Shown here: positions 29,898 to 40,079 of the stretch, piece by piece | Layout of the letters: every line of letters begins with the position of its first letter | Position numbering within the stretch: position 1 is the stretch's first letter | Assembly (NCBI GenBank): GCA_963712115.1 | Contig: CAVQGX010000009.1 | Span: 1-64,000, forward strand | Length of the DNA: 64,000 bases | Direction: 5' to 3' | Source: an uncultured delta proteobacterium | Lineage (GTDB): Bacteria > Desulfobacterota > Syntrophobacteria > BM002 | The notes under the pieces: model-generated | Told to the model about the DNA's origin: nothing | The model's database searches: none | The model's input: only the letters and a program-made list of their open reading frames with translations | Program-made: the position numbers and the translations under genes

Positions 29898-29914
29898 TGA
29901 AAAGAGTGTGCCAA
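29898..29914 (-). promoter_or_regulatory. Sigma54-like promoter with IHF-like and UAS-like sites upstream
   Basis: TTGGCACACTCTTTTCA (imperfect -12); TTCAAATAGTTA at ~29945; TGTC-N-GACCA sites at 29991-30029. Confidence 0.45.
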
Positions 29915-30550
29915 GTGGGGCAATAAAAAAGGATCTTATGTTATTTCAAATAGTTAAGCAGCTATAGATTTGAAAGAGCTGCAAAGTTATTGTCCTGAAA
30001 GAGACCAAGAATTGTCACAGAACCGACCATTTTGGGTATGTATATCAAAAATTAAGCAGCAGGAGGGGTTGGGGCGGACTTCATATTACATCCCTTAATC
30101 CACACTCGGCCAGATTTCATTCTAGCACAAGATGTTGAGAAGAAAAAAAGCGGAGCAAAGGACTCCGCATTTTATTAGTTTAAACCAAGATATTGTATAT
30201 TGGGCTCAAGAGCAAAAGTGTGGATTAAAGTATGTAATCCACAGTCCAGGGGACCAACCTAACCTTCAGATCATCACGCCTACGCTAACTCTCGGATCAT
30301 TTAAATACGTTGAGGATATGTTAATTATTTGAAACTAATTGAGATTCAACATAGCAGATATTTGACATTATAGATCGCAAGAATCATATACAAGATCTAG
30401 CAATGATGGATCTAGATGTGATGAACGGCAAGAGTATGAGGGGTACCCCAAGATAATACACTATATAAAAAAGCTGTTATTGTTGATGCGTCACTCCTGG
30501 ATCTCATTTTAATAAAGATACTAAGTTAAGTAGTGCCTGTCTGCTATCTT

Positions 30551-31255
30551 CTATCTGTATATGTCCGAAGAACGTCGCCGCCGCCTGCCACCCATGATAA
30601 GCCCCACGATCCAGCCAAGCGTCATAACACCAGCACCGTAGAGAAACCAACGCATGTTGCTGGAAGATTGCAGTTTGTCATGAGATCTCTGTGCTTCCGC
30701 TAGCTTCGCTTTTAACTCGGGTAGCTCTGACGAGAGCTTTTCATGGGCTTCCTGCAGTCCCAAGTAATTTGTAGCGCCCTTTTTGAGAGCCTGGTACTCC
30801 TTGCTAGTTGCGTCTAAATTCTGTGTGAGTGAAGCCAACTCTTTCTCGATCCTGTCATTCTCTTGCCCGAGTTCTCGACTGCTAGTCTCAATTTCGCTTA
30901 TTTGTGATTCGAGCTGCGTTTTTTCCTCTGCTAGTTTTTCGGCAGTGAATTTCGAGGGAGGCCTGTCAGATAGATACCTCTCAAGGGTCCAGCCAGTTCG
31001 ACCATCTGGTAGACTTACCTCCGCCCAACCGTTCTGTGCTCTAATCATGGTTACTCGTGCACCTATCGGCATTGAGGCAATGATACGGTGACTGATATCA
31101 GGCCCACTTCGGAGGATAATCTCCAGGGTGGTATCTGAGACATAAAGTGTCTTGGCCCAGGTTTTGACGTTGAACAACCATACAGTCAATAATATTACAA
31201 GGGCAACAAGGTGAATCGCTCTTCTCAACAGTCTTCTCTTTCTATGTGTTGTCAT
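30551..31255 (-). CDS. SH3b-domain coiled-coil membrane protein (YgiM/TIGR04211-like)
   Basis: YVSD..LRSGP..GWAEV....GRTGW SH3b, coiled coil, WFLYGAGV TM, Arg-rich tail; start approximate. Confidence 0.9.
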   Translation of the reverse strand: MTTHRKRRLLRRAIHLVALVILLTVWLFNVKTWAKTLYVSDTTLEIILRSGPDISHRIIASMPIGARVTMIRAQNGWAEVSLPDGRTGWTLERYLSDRPPSKFTAEKLAEEKTQLESQISEIETSSRELGQENDRIEKELASLTQNLDATSKEYQALKKGATNYLGLQEAHEKLSSELPELKAKLAEAQRSHDKLQSSSNMRWFLYGAGVMTLGWIVGLIMGGRRRRRSSDIYR

Positions 31256-31739
31256 TATCCTCTCACATTTCGATGACATACCAGATAGCACTACCCAACG
31301 ACACAACTTGATCCATTTGGATCATGACCATAACTCTGTAAATCGCACTATGTCAATACAGTGTTTCAAATAGCGATTGAAAATCTTAAACCTTTTGCAT
31401 TTCACTGATTCCTAGGTTTACCTATCTTTTTGACTCTTGACTTCGTCCCTCGCAAATCGGTACCAAGATTGTAGAATGTTACCTTAATAGTTTCTCGAAA
31501 CTAGTACAGTTTGAGACCTGCAGCAAATCAAACAATACAAAGATCACATCAGGCTTCAATGTTCGGTTCCAAAAAAGAAGGTGATCTCCGTTGCACACTA
31601 GCTAGGATATATAGTGTTGCACTAATTGGGCATCTATCTTGCACGTCATTTTAGGGCACAAAGGTATTTATTATGCCTGCACTTCCATTCGACATGCATT
31701 GACTGCACTCTTCCCCAAAAAGATGGGAGGCTTTTATAT

Positions 31740-32771
31740 ATGATTTTAGATCCTATTTTGGGTCGGTTTTCCACTGACCTTGCAATTGATTTGGGTACAG
31801 CAAATACACTTGTCTATGTAAAAGGAAAGGGCGTCATAATCAATGAACCCTCTGTTGTGGCAGTAAGCAACAATGGAAAGGGCAGAAACAGCGTCCTTGC
31901 TGTAGGAAATGAAGCCAAACTGATGCTGGGCCGGACTCCTGGTACCATCGTTGCCGTTCGCCCGATGAAAGACGGGGTAATAGCCGACTTTGATGTAACC
32001 CAGGCCATGCTCCGGCATTTCATCGGAAAGGTAAATAATGGCCGGAGATTAATCCGACCGCGAATCATCGTATGTGTGCCTTCGGGGATTACTTTGGTAG
32101 AAAAGAGGGCAGTGCGTGAAGCTGCACAGTCAGCTGGGGCTCGCGAGGTTTTTTTCATAGAGGAGCCAATGGCTGCAGCTATCGGTGCGGGACTTCCCGT
32201 CACCGAACCTACCTGCAGCATGGTAGTAGATATTGGTGGCGGTACAACCGAGGTGGCAGTGATATCTCTTGCTGGTATTGTTTACAGCAAATCAGTAAGG
32301 GTAGGCGGTAATCACATGGATGAGGCCATCCTGCAGCACATAAAACAAAAATACAACCTGCTCATTGGCGATCAGACCGCAGAGCTTGTAAAAATCACAA
32401 TCGGCAATGCTTTTGGAAACAACAAAGTGGAACAGATGGAGATCAAGGGACGAGATCTTGTCGCAGGTATTCCCAAGATTATCGAGATAGACTCGAATGA
32501 GGTACGAGGTGCTATAAAGGATCAGCTTCAGACAATCGTAGATACCGTTAAGATTGCTCTTGAGCAAACTCCACCGGAACTGGCCGGTGATATTGTGGAA
32601 AAGGGGATTGTCCTCACTGGAGGTGGGGCGCTTCTGAAAAATATTGACAAGCTTCTGTATGAGGAAACAGGCCTGCCCATAACTGTAGCCGAAGATCCCC
32701 TCTCCGCAGTAGTAATGGGTTCAGGGAAAGCTCTTGACTCTATAGACACCCTAAGACAACTAATGGTTTAG
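31740..32771 (+). CDS. mreB: Rod shape-determining actin-like protein MreB
   Basis: [50 protein letters not shown]; start ATG 31740 after GGGAGG. Confidence 0.96.
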   Translation: MILDPILGRFSTDLAIDLGTANTLVYVKGKGVIINEPSVVAVSNNGKGRNSVLAVGNEAKLMLGRTPGTIVAVRPMKDGVIADFDVTQAMLRHFIGKVNNGRRLIRPRIIVCVPSGITLVEKRAVREAAQSAGAREVFFIEEPMAAAIGAGLPVTEPTCSMVVDIGGGTTEVAVISLAGIVYSKSVRVGGNHMDEAILQHIKQKYNLLIGDQTAELVKITIGNAFGNNKVEQMEIKGRDLVAGIPKIIEIDSNEVRGAIKDQLQTIVDTVKIALEQTPPELAGDIVEKGIVLTGGGALLKNIDKLLYEETGLPITVAEDPLSAVVMGSGKALDSIDTLRQLMV

Positions 32772-32859
32772 GAGACCAGTGTGGCGTCTCGTTTTCAAAT
32801 AAGAGAAAAGACACTGTGAATTAATTGTGACCGGCCGGAAACTTCTATTCCCCGCCAGA

Positions 32860-33453
32860 TTATTCTCTGGTCTCGTTCGAGATTTCCTGATTCCCAGGGT
32901 TAAAACACTCGGAGATCTCATACTCCTTGTTGCAGTCCCAACAAAAAACATGATCGGATCCAGGAGACCAGGATAAATGTTTGTGACCGCGTGAGCATTG
33001 CTTGGGTGGTGCTAAAGTAAGGTTGCTCTTGTCTTCTCTGTCTGCCTTATATTCTTTCTCGTCTTGCACTAATTGCTCTTCTTCCAGAATCTTATCCCCT
33101 TCCCCCTCATTCAAGGCCTCAGCTTCTGAGAACTCTGAAAGAAACGAGGTGATAGTTTCTTGGTCTTCGTCGGAAATTTTGACGAACTCAACACCCATGC
33201 CACGCGGCATATGTTCTTCAGGAGGGACTTGGCTACTCGTCCAGACCACCCTTGATTTAACTGCTATTTTAAGGTCAGGGGCACTAATGGTCATATCAAC
33301 GACTTCATGCAGTTCAAGTGGAGACAAACCACAAATAAAGGCTCCAATGGGACTGATGTTGTATGTAACCCGTTCGAGAGTTTCTTCTTCAGTCTTAATG
33401 GTTACAGGCCAACTGACTTTGGCTCTCAGATGTTGGCGCCTTTCTTGTGCCAT
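32860..33453 (-). CDS. PilZ-domain protein with C-terminal Cys/His zinc-ribbon-like motif
   Basis: ERRQHLR and NISPIG c-di-GMP motifs, GMGVEF; tail CSRGH..FCWDC. Confidence 0.85.
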   Translation of the reverse strand: MAQERRQHLRAKVSWPVTIKTEEETLERVTYNISPIGAFICGLSPLELHEVVDMTISAPDLKIAVKSRVVWTSSQVPPEEHMPRGMGVEFVKISDEDQETITSFLSEFSEAEALNEGEGDKILEEEQLVQDEKEYKADREDKSNLTLAPPKQCSRGHKHLSWSPGSDHVFCWDCNKEYEISECFNPGNQEISNETRE

Positions 33454-33897
33454 AGTTGCGATTTATCTTTAAAGTTATTTCTGGGAGACTTTTTTCTCAC
33501 CCCATTCCTCGGGGCTGCCGAAAAGTATAACAGTTGAGAAGACAATGCCAACTGCCACTCCAATGAGGCAGGTCACTACGTACCCTGACAAGAACATTTT
33601 AACCTCCAAATTCTTTACTGATTGGAAGTGCAAAGTCTATGCCCACCCGTTCCGTTAAGTGGTTTATATGGAGGGGTGGGACAGAAAACCCCCACTGACT
33701 CAACCACACACAAGGGTCAATGGGCGGATGAAAAGAAGGATTCAATGGCGGATATGAATTCTCGGCAGCGCTATTTAACTCGGACTGTATTTCGTTGTAA
33801 AGTCATTACTGCGAAAATCCGATGAACTCTTAGACTCGGTAGAAAAACGAAAAAAGTGTAGCCGAAGCTCCAATTTTTGGCCAGGACAAGTGGGTAA

Positions 33898-34401
33898 TTA
33901 TTGGGAAGAAGGGGGTGGAAACTCTTTGAAAATCTTCTCTACAGCCTCGCTCACCAGTTTATCCAGTTTCTCAGAAGAATAACTGAAGTCTAAAACGGCA
34001 ACTGCCTCACTGCGCCAAATCAGCCTGTATTCTCTATTGTTTACAAAATCCAAGAGCAGCGAGCCCGCTTCAATTTTATGGGCATATCTGTATCCGTAAT
34101 ACCCAGATCCGTACCAGTACTCGTCTTTGGTTCCGACTTTTGCAACAATAGAAAAGTCAGGATTTTTGCTCACCAGCTTGTAGCCTTTGGAGCCCAATTG
34201 ATTATTAACCACATTATGAATAAGCTCTTCAATTGACTCGCTTATTTGGTCTTCGGGTTTCAAAGGCAGCCAGCTATAAGTCTTTAGCCTGGCAAAGTCA
34301 GCCCCCCTATCATAATCGTAAGAGACATGATGAACTGTAGAACAGCTGATGGCAAAAACTATCAGCCATGAGACAATAAATACGCTTGCGTTTCGCAACA
34401 C
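33898..34401 (-). CDS. DUF4136-like lipoprotein
   Basis: Lipobox ISC, DYD...DF...KTYSW, GSLLLDFV..LIWR, IFKEFPP. Confidence 0.85.
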   Translation of the reverse strand: MLRNASVFIVSWLIVFAISCSTVHHVSYDYDRGADFARLKTYSWLPLKPEDQISESIEELIHNVVNNQLGSKGYKLVSKNPDFSIVAKVGTKDEYWYGSGYYGYRYAHKIEAGSLLLDFVNNREYRLIWRSEAVAVLDFSYSSEKLDKLVSEAVEKIFKEFPPPSSQ

Positions 34402-34850
34402 AAATCCCTCCTGATCGCACTATGTGATGTGGGGACTTTTCAAGCCTGAGTTACTACCAAAATATGGCAGCTTAGAGGTCCTAGTATGAGTAAGATAATT
34501 ACTAATTTTGACACTAGCTGTCAACCTAGCCAACTGGGGGGGAAGGGGGAAGTCGAATGGGCAATGCGGCAAGATAAGAAAAAACTGAAGCCATAAACTC
34601 TAGCGAACGTCTTAAACGATGAGATATGGAATCTAACAACAACTCTTGAGCTCCGCATCACATCCTTAATTCATACTTTCAGTTTCTTGAGACTTGGCAC
34701 AAAATGCTGGAGTAGAGACTTCCGAATGTGGGTTACACATAACTTGCCAACATCTTAAGTTTCCCAAACCTTAAGATATGATTTGCAGATAGGAAACTTT
34801 CTCCGTTTGAGGAAACGGGGTGCATGGTTGATTCAGATCAACAGGTCAAA

Positions 34851-34956
34851 CTGTTAGGGGTGTCGAGGGTTGGTATTGAAACAACCCAAAGACTGAGAGT
34901 TGCGAAAGCAGCAACCCTTAAAACCTGATCTGGGTAATGCCAGCGAAGGGAAACAG
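34851..34956 (+). ncRNA. TPP riboswitch (THI element)
   Basis: P1 CTGTT/AACAG, AGGGGTG, GACTGAGA, ACCCTTAAAACCTGATCTGGGTAATGCCAGCGAAGGGAA consensus core. Confidence 0.92.
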
Positions 34957-34977
34957 GAAGACAGAGAAAAGAGAATC

Positions 34978-35008
34978 AAAAGTGAAGGTTACTTGGGGTC
35001 ACTTTTTT
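34978..35008 (+). terminator. Terminator-like expression platform downstream of the TPP aptamer
   Basis: AAAAGTGA-N13-TCACTTTT followed by TT. Confidence 0.5.
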
Positions 35009-35135
35009 ATGCCTTGATTCCACGCTAAAGCAGAGTTCCTCGCTCCTCTATCACCACATCTACCATAAAGGATGCCACCGAGGTCAAATATCCTTTGCCC
35101 CAGGCTCAAGTGAGAGAGTATGGGGAATTACCTTG

Positions 35136-35163
35136 TTGACACAAAACTTCAAATGCGTATAGT
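35136..35163 (+). promoter_or_regulatory. Sigma70-like promoter for the Met-rich protein gene
   Basis: TTGACA-N16-TATAGT. Confidence 0.55.
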
Positions 35164-35279
35164 TGCCCTTGGCTCACCCTCCTTAGAACAATTTATCAGG
35201 GATCTAGAACCAAGAAGTTTTAAGCTTCGAGTTACTATTTACTTCTAAGCGTAAAGAACTAGACCAGTAGGAGGAAATC

Positions 35280-35624
35280 ATGAAGCGAATTACAGTTGTT
35301 TTTGCATTGGTGGCTTTCTTATTAGCTCCTGGAATCTTAGCTGCTCAGATGCAGGGAGGTGGTATGGGCCAACAGATGAAGACCCAGATGCACGCCAACA
35401 TGGGGATGATGGCCGATATGATGGGCAAGATGTACGAAATGATGAACAAGGGCAAGGCGACTTCTGAGCAGTGGCAGGAGATGATGGACATCATGGAGCA
35501 AATGATTCAGATGATGAAAGAAATGTCTGTACCGCATGGTGGGCAAATGCAAGAACAACATCAGACACAGCTTCAAGAGATGAATAAGAGAGTAAACACC
35601 CTATATGAAAAAGTTGTCCGCTAG
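35280..35624 (+). CDS. Exported methionine-rich helical protein
   Basis: Signal peptide, ~22 Met in 114 aa, several His; AGGAGG SD. Confidence 0.8.
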   Translation: MKRITVVFALVAFLLAPGILAAQMQGGGMGQQMKTQMHANMGMMADMMGKMYEMMNKGKATSEQWQEMMDIMEQMIQMMKEMSVPHGGQMQEQHQTQLQEMNKRVNTLYEKVVR

Positions 35625-35770
35625 GAGTTCTCCTGGTCCCCCCTAGTTGAAAGTGAGGTAGCAGCCCTTACCAGGGGTAATGAGGAGCTGCTCCTCTCCC
35701 TACCTTATTTGAACTTTGACTGCCTTTTCGTATGCGGGGATTTTTTTACCATCCTGTCAGTTGCTTTCTA

Positions 35771-36466
35771 TTATGATCTGGCCTTCATTGCCATTACATT
35801 ATAAACTGATGGCAATGTCTTGATTTGATGTGGATCACATGAATCGAGATGAACTTCAACCATTCTTTCCCATTCCATTATTTCGGAGGCCATAAGCGAT
35901 GTAATGTCCCCATAATCGATGGTTTTGAAAACAGTTCTCCACTCGGCGTTATCAATTGGAAGTGCCACCTCGGGAAATACGGAAAAAAGAACCTTGCTTG
36001 CAGCTACCAGTCCTAAAGTACTTTTTCCTATACACAAAGGTACCAGCTTTTTGAACATATTCCACAGCTGTGTAGCTACTTCTTTCTGAGCTGAATGAGG
36101 AATTTCAACAAGTACTCTTGCCCGCGATTCTGCTCTTTCTTCATCCAAAAAGTGTCTTAACTTGAGTGCACTATCTCTGATAGCCTTCCAACAAGCTGCA
36201 ATTTTTCCTTTTGGATCTTTTACCACTCCACTGGAATAAGAAACTCCCTTGAAAGGTCCCTGCCGGGTCATTTTGAAATTGGGCATGAGTCTTGCCACAT
36301 TTTGATAGAATATTTCCCGATCTAAGCCTTTATCGGATTTGACTATAATCTCGCGAACCGTTTCGTTATAACTATTCCCAAAATCGCTGATGCACGTTTT
36401 TATTACCCTAGACTCTATAGGTTTTCCGTTCTCCTCAAATAATATTTTCAAACTGGAAACCTCCAT
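35771..36466 (-). CDS. Hypothetical protein, possible HhH/DUF6308-like fold
   Basis: GLVAASKVLFSVFPEVALPIDN resembles the SKxLHxxxPxxxPIxD motif. Confidence 0.55.
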   Translation of the reverse strand: MEVSSLKILFEENGKPIESRVIKTCISDFGNSYNETVREIIVKSDKGLDREIFYQNVARLMPNFKMTRQGPFKGVSYSSGVVKDPKGKIAACWKAIRDSALKLRHFLDEERAESRARVLVEIPHSAQKEVATQLWNMFKKLVPLCIGKSTLGLVAASKVLFSVFPEVALPIDNAEWRTVFKTIDYGDITSLMASEIMEWERMVEVHLDSCDPHQIKTLPSVYNVMAMKARS

Positions 36467-36877
36467 ACATTAAAAAACTCCACCCCTCCTCGCTGGAGAA
36501 ATGGAGCTTCGAATAGGAATCCAGAACGCGCGAATTTCAGCTAAAGGGTCATCTCCTATTATTTTGAATAACGTACCGGTCTACCTTTGTTCTGTCAAGG
36601 AATTTGATAGGTTGCATTAGCAAGGCTGAAAAGGATAATGAATGTCTAAAACCAGAAAAAACCCCCACTCGACGCCCGATTGCCGATGGCGGCAATCGGG
36701 CACCAGGCAGAGTCAAAGGTAGGAACTCTGTCCATGCTCAGCTTGTAAAAAGAACCTAAAATCAGTCAATTGTGAAAGCGAAAAGTTTGTTCCTAAAAAG
36801 TTAGCTTTGAGCGTTGAATGTTCAGGTATTTCAGCGTTCACTGCTAAAGACTTATCTGTTTCCTCTGTATCTCCCAT

Positions 36878-37111
36878 TTAGCTGGCTTTTTCCACCTTCT
36901 CTATCAGTTTCTTTATGGCTTCTCCCAACTCCGGTAGAAGATCTGGCGACAGGGTGATGCCTTTTTTTGTCGGCTTGAATTCCCCGTCGCTGGCCTTGTA
37001 ATAGATCCTCAGATCCACATAGGTTTTGCCCTTGAAGGTGCTCAAGCTAACCTGAACCTGTTCTGTGGGACTCTTATCGAAACTATGAACCAACTCTCTG
37101 TCATCGGCCAT
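36878..37111 (-). CDS. PC4/YdbC-family ssDNA-binding protein
   Basis: FKGKTYVDLRIYY...KPTKKGITL. Confidence 0.9.
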   Translation of the reverse strand: MADDRELVHSFDKSPTEQVQVSLSTFKGKTYVDLRIYYKASDGEFKPTKKGITLSPDLLPELGEAIKKLIEKVEKAS

Positions 37112-37261
37112 ATTTTCACCTTCTTTGAATTTATGATTTCAAGTCTGACTATCCAGTACGAAATTGGGCTCGATTAAGCACAATCGCTGGCGCACAAGAA
37201 TTCTGAGTATTAGATCAAATCAAACTTCCGGTGGCGACAATAATTATGATCCTTCTGGAAC

Positions 37262-37870
37262 TCAAGGACGGCCTCGACGTCTTCCCATGCCCTTGCCCCC
37301 ACCCCTTCCCATGCCTCTACCTCTTCCCATGCCTTTACCTTTGCGTTTTCCTCTACCATACTCTCTGCCTTGCAATTCGCTCACCTTCGGCTCTCTTTGC
37401 TCTGAATCGGTCTGAAGCTCCGTCTTGGCCCTCTGAACCTGCTCCCCCAAAAAGCGTCGAAGGGAATTATAGAGGTAAGCGCATGAACCTAGGATTATTC
37501 CTGTGGCTGTCTCACCAGTAGCCTCAGTTTTGTCTCTTGCTTCAGAGTTCGCATGAGACCTCTCGTGGTAATCTTCCTCAGCCTTTGCTCTTGAATCCGG
37601 ACTAGTTTGTGGCTTAGCTTGAGCTTCTGCTTGTGCTGCTTCTTTTTGCTCTGGCTCCAACCTTTGCTTCGAGGATAAGAAAGCCTCCATCTTCTTGTAT
37701 GCTACGTTTACTTCCTTCAATTTCTCCTCGGCCTTTAGTTTTAGTCGAGGATTGTTAGAAATACGGTCTGGATGCCATACATTGACTAAATCTTTATAGG
37801 CTTGTTTTGCATCGTCAAGCGAGGCCTCGGGATCGAGCTCAATTATTTCATAACATTTCTTAATATCCAT
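37262..37870 (-). CDS. J-domain protein with Gly/Arg-rich tail
   Basis: KQAYKDLVNVWHPDR, AEEKLKEVNVAY; C-terminal GRGRGMGRG repeats. Confidence 0.88.
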   Translation of the reverse strand: MDIKKCYEIIELDPEASLDDAKQAYKDLVNVWHPDRISNNPRLKLKAEEKLKEVNVAYKKMEAFLSSKQRLEPEQKEAAQAEAQAKPQTSPDSRAKAEEDYHERSHANSEARDKTEATGETATGIILGSCAYLYNSLRRFLGEQVQRAKTELQTDSEQREPKVSELQGREYGRGKRKGKGMGRGRGMGRGGGKGMGRRRGRP

Positions 37871-38139
37871 TTCCTACCTCTTTAGTAGATGCGTCTGGTT
37901 GTTATCCACATAATTATCAAGTTACAGGAACGAAGAGTGGAGGGGCAAGGAAAAACACTCGACCTATCCGGTGCATAAGAGCCATTCATGGACGAAATTT
38001 ATGGGCCATCCGAATTTTATTAGGAAGGGGCCTTGACGTTGCGAAAACCAGACATTAGATGAAGCATCAAGAGCCTGCTTGCCAAAGAAATAAGGGTACT
38101 GATCTCTGAGAACTTGAGACTTTCCAGAGAGGTGAAACT

Positions 38140-38331
38140 GTGAGTGAGTTAAATATACGCTATTCTGATTGGTCGAAACACAATTATCAGAGCGGAGAAT
38201 CTTCCTCAATACCGAAAGAGGAGATCATTAAGTTATTCGAGTCTGTAGAGTCCGAAGCAATCACAGAGAAAGAGTTTTGTGAAATGGCAACTGAGATAAT
38301 CGAAAGGGCTGTTTTGGGTGCTACAGTCTAG
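38140..38331 (+). CDS. Small acidic hypothetical protein
   Basis: GTG start after AGAGGTGA SD; helical composition. Confidence 0.45.
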   Translation: MSELNIRYSDWSKHNYQSGESSSIPKEEIIKLFESVESEAITEKEFCEMATEIIERAVLGATV

Positions 38332-38469
38332 AGGTGGCACCATCTGAGCATAGCCTTTAAATACACTAAGGCAGGTGCAAAATTATAAAGCGGCACCAGT
38401 TGGCCCGCTTTTCTGCTCTTACAATGGAAGTTGTGACTGATTTCTAACCCCCAATCATTACTCACCCAT

Positions 38470-38880
38470 CTACTCCACTCCAGCTTTCTCCAATTCGTCG
38501 GTCAGGTTCCTTATGCGACTAATGGACTTGAGCCGGAAGGCAAGCTCGGTAAAATCGGGAGGTTTACTAATAAAATCGTCAGCGCCCGCCTCGACCGCCG
38601 CTTCTTTTTCATATGAGAATCCTGTCATCATGATCACAGGAATATGGCGCGTTATCTCCTCCGCCTTCAGCCTTCTGCAGGTCTCCATTCCATCAATGCC
38701 AGACATGCCCATGTCCAACAGAATGACATGAAACTGGGTGTTTCTAGCAAGATCCATGGCTTCCTCGCCACTTGAAGCTTGGATCACCTCGTATCCTTGC
38801 CCCGACAGATGTTCCGAGAGTACTTCTCTTATTAGCAGCTCATCGTCTACCACCAGAACCTTGTCCCCCATGGGAGCCAT
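38470..38880 (-). CDS. Single-domain response regulator
   Basis: VLVVDDE, ILLDMGM, IPVIMMTG, GADDFISKP. Confidence 0.9.
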   Translation of the reverse strand: MAPMGDKVLVVDDELLIREVLSEHLSGQGYEVIQASSGEEAMDLARNTQFHVILLDMGMSGIDGMETCRRLKAEEITRHIPVIMMTGFSYEKEAAVEAGADDFISKPPDFTELAFRLKSISRIRNLTDELEKAGVE

Positions 38881-39382
38881 CCTTTGTCGGTCTAATAATT
38901 ATCTTGTCAAAGCTTAGTAGCCAGTGATCTAAGCTGTTGATTGGTGCTTTTTGGCCAGTATGTTGCTGCCCAATGGCGAGTTAAGTGGGACTGTGGGGTG
39001 AGCCCCATAAGCCGATAGCTCCATCCGTATTACCAGAATCTCTTTTCGTGGCAACTTACTGATACCGTGTTGATCTGTCAAGGAAATACAGGTCAATAAA
39101 ATCGCCTTGAAATTTGGCAAGGGAGGAGAGCCTTACTCCTCATCTGAGGTCAGGGATCGCTGCCAGCCAGACAACAGATTGTAAAGTGGAACATTCTGTT
39201 TTTTCTGAATACAAATTTAGATAACACTTTTCTCTGAGGTGTGATTGTATGATAGACTTCACTGCCCTGCAAATTGATTAGCGAGTTGATTTCCAGAGTT
39301 TAAAAAAGATTTACCTAGAGGCTGATCTAGGAAAAATGCTCGTTTACTGCTCTATCATAGACTACTATTTGGGGAGACTGTT

Positions 39383-40012
39383 GTGTTTGGTTCACGAAAG
39401 AAAAAATCGCCTTCTTCTTCCACTAATTCTGGTAGCGGGTTGTTCTCTTGGATGGGAAACCTCGCAGTATTTTATGTGACCCTGTTGGCTCTGATTAGCA
39501 TACCTTTCTTAGTCTTGGCTTTGATCCTATTCTTCCGAACCGTCATGGACTATCATGTTTGGATATTGGTTGGCATCACGGCGATCAGTGTGGTGACATT
39601 ACTTTTTTTGATTCGCCGCAGAAAGCAGATTCTCGAGCAATTCGAAGCCGAAAAGAAGGATGTGATGGAAATTATTCGCTCAGCGGCTCGAGAGGGTCAT
39701 AATGTCAACATCTCCTTTATGCGCGGCTTGATTAGTCTGGACTATCGGGGCAGCAATAATGAAGGCCGCCTGCTTGAAGGCTCCAAACTCGGCCAACCCA
39801 AAGCACTTCCCCTAAACACTTCAAGCAATGAACCCGAAGAAATTATGGTAAATAATTCGGAAGACTTGTACGAAACCCGCACTCCAGGTATTGCCTCAGA
39901 GTTGGAAAAGCTTTCCGGCCTTCTGGAGAAAGGTCTGTTGACAGAGACAGAATACCAAGAACTCAAAGAGCGACTCATTGACCACAAATTGTCTAGCTTG
40001 AATTTGTCCTAG
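39383..40012 (+). CDS. Two-TM membrane protein with C-terminal SHOCT-like domain
   Basis: ELEKLSGLLEKGLLTETEYQELKERL. Confidence 0.75.
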   Translation: MFGSRKKKSPSSSTNSGSGLFSWMGNLAVFYVTLLALISIPFLVLALILFFRTVMDYHVWILVGITAISVVTLLFLIRRRKQILEQFEAEKKDVMEIIRSAAREGHNVNISFMRGLISLDYRGSNNEGRLLEGSKLGQPKALPLNTSSNEPEEIMVNNSEDLYETRTPGIASELEKLSGLLEKGLLTETEYQELKERLIDHKLSSLNLS

Positions 40013-40079
40013 GTTCAAATAATTTCGTTGGCATGCATTAAGAGCATAGAGTTTTTCGAGACCTAGAAGGTTACGAAAA

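Noticed and set aside
29354-29923. 189-aa ORF
   Set aside because: No SD or motif; runs through terminator hairpins and a promoter-like box
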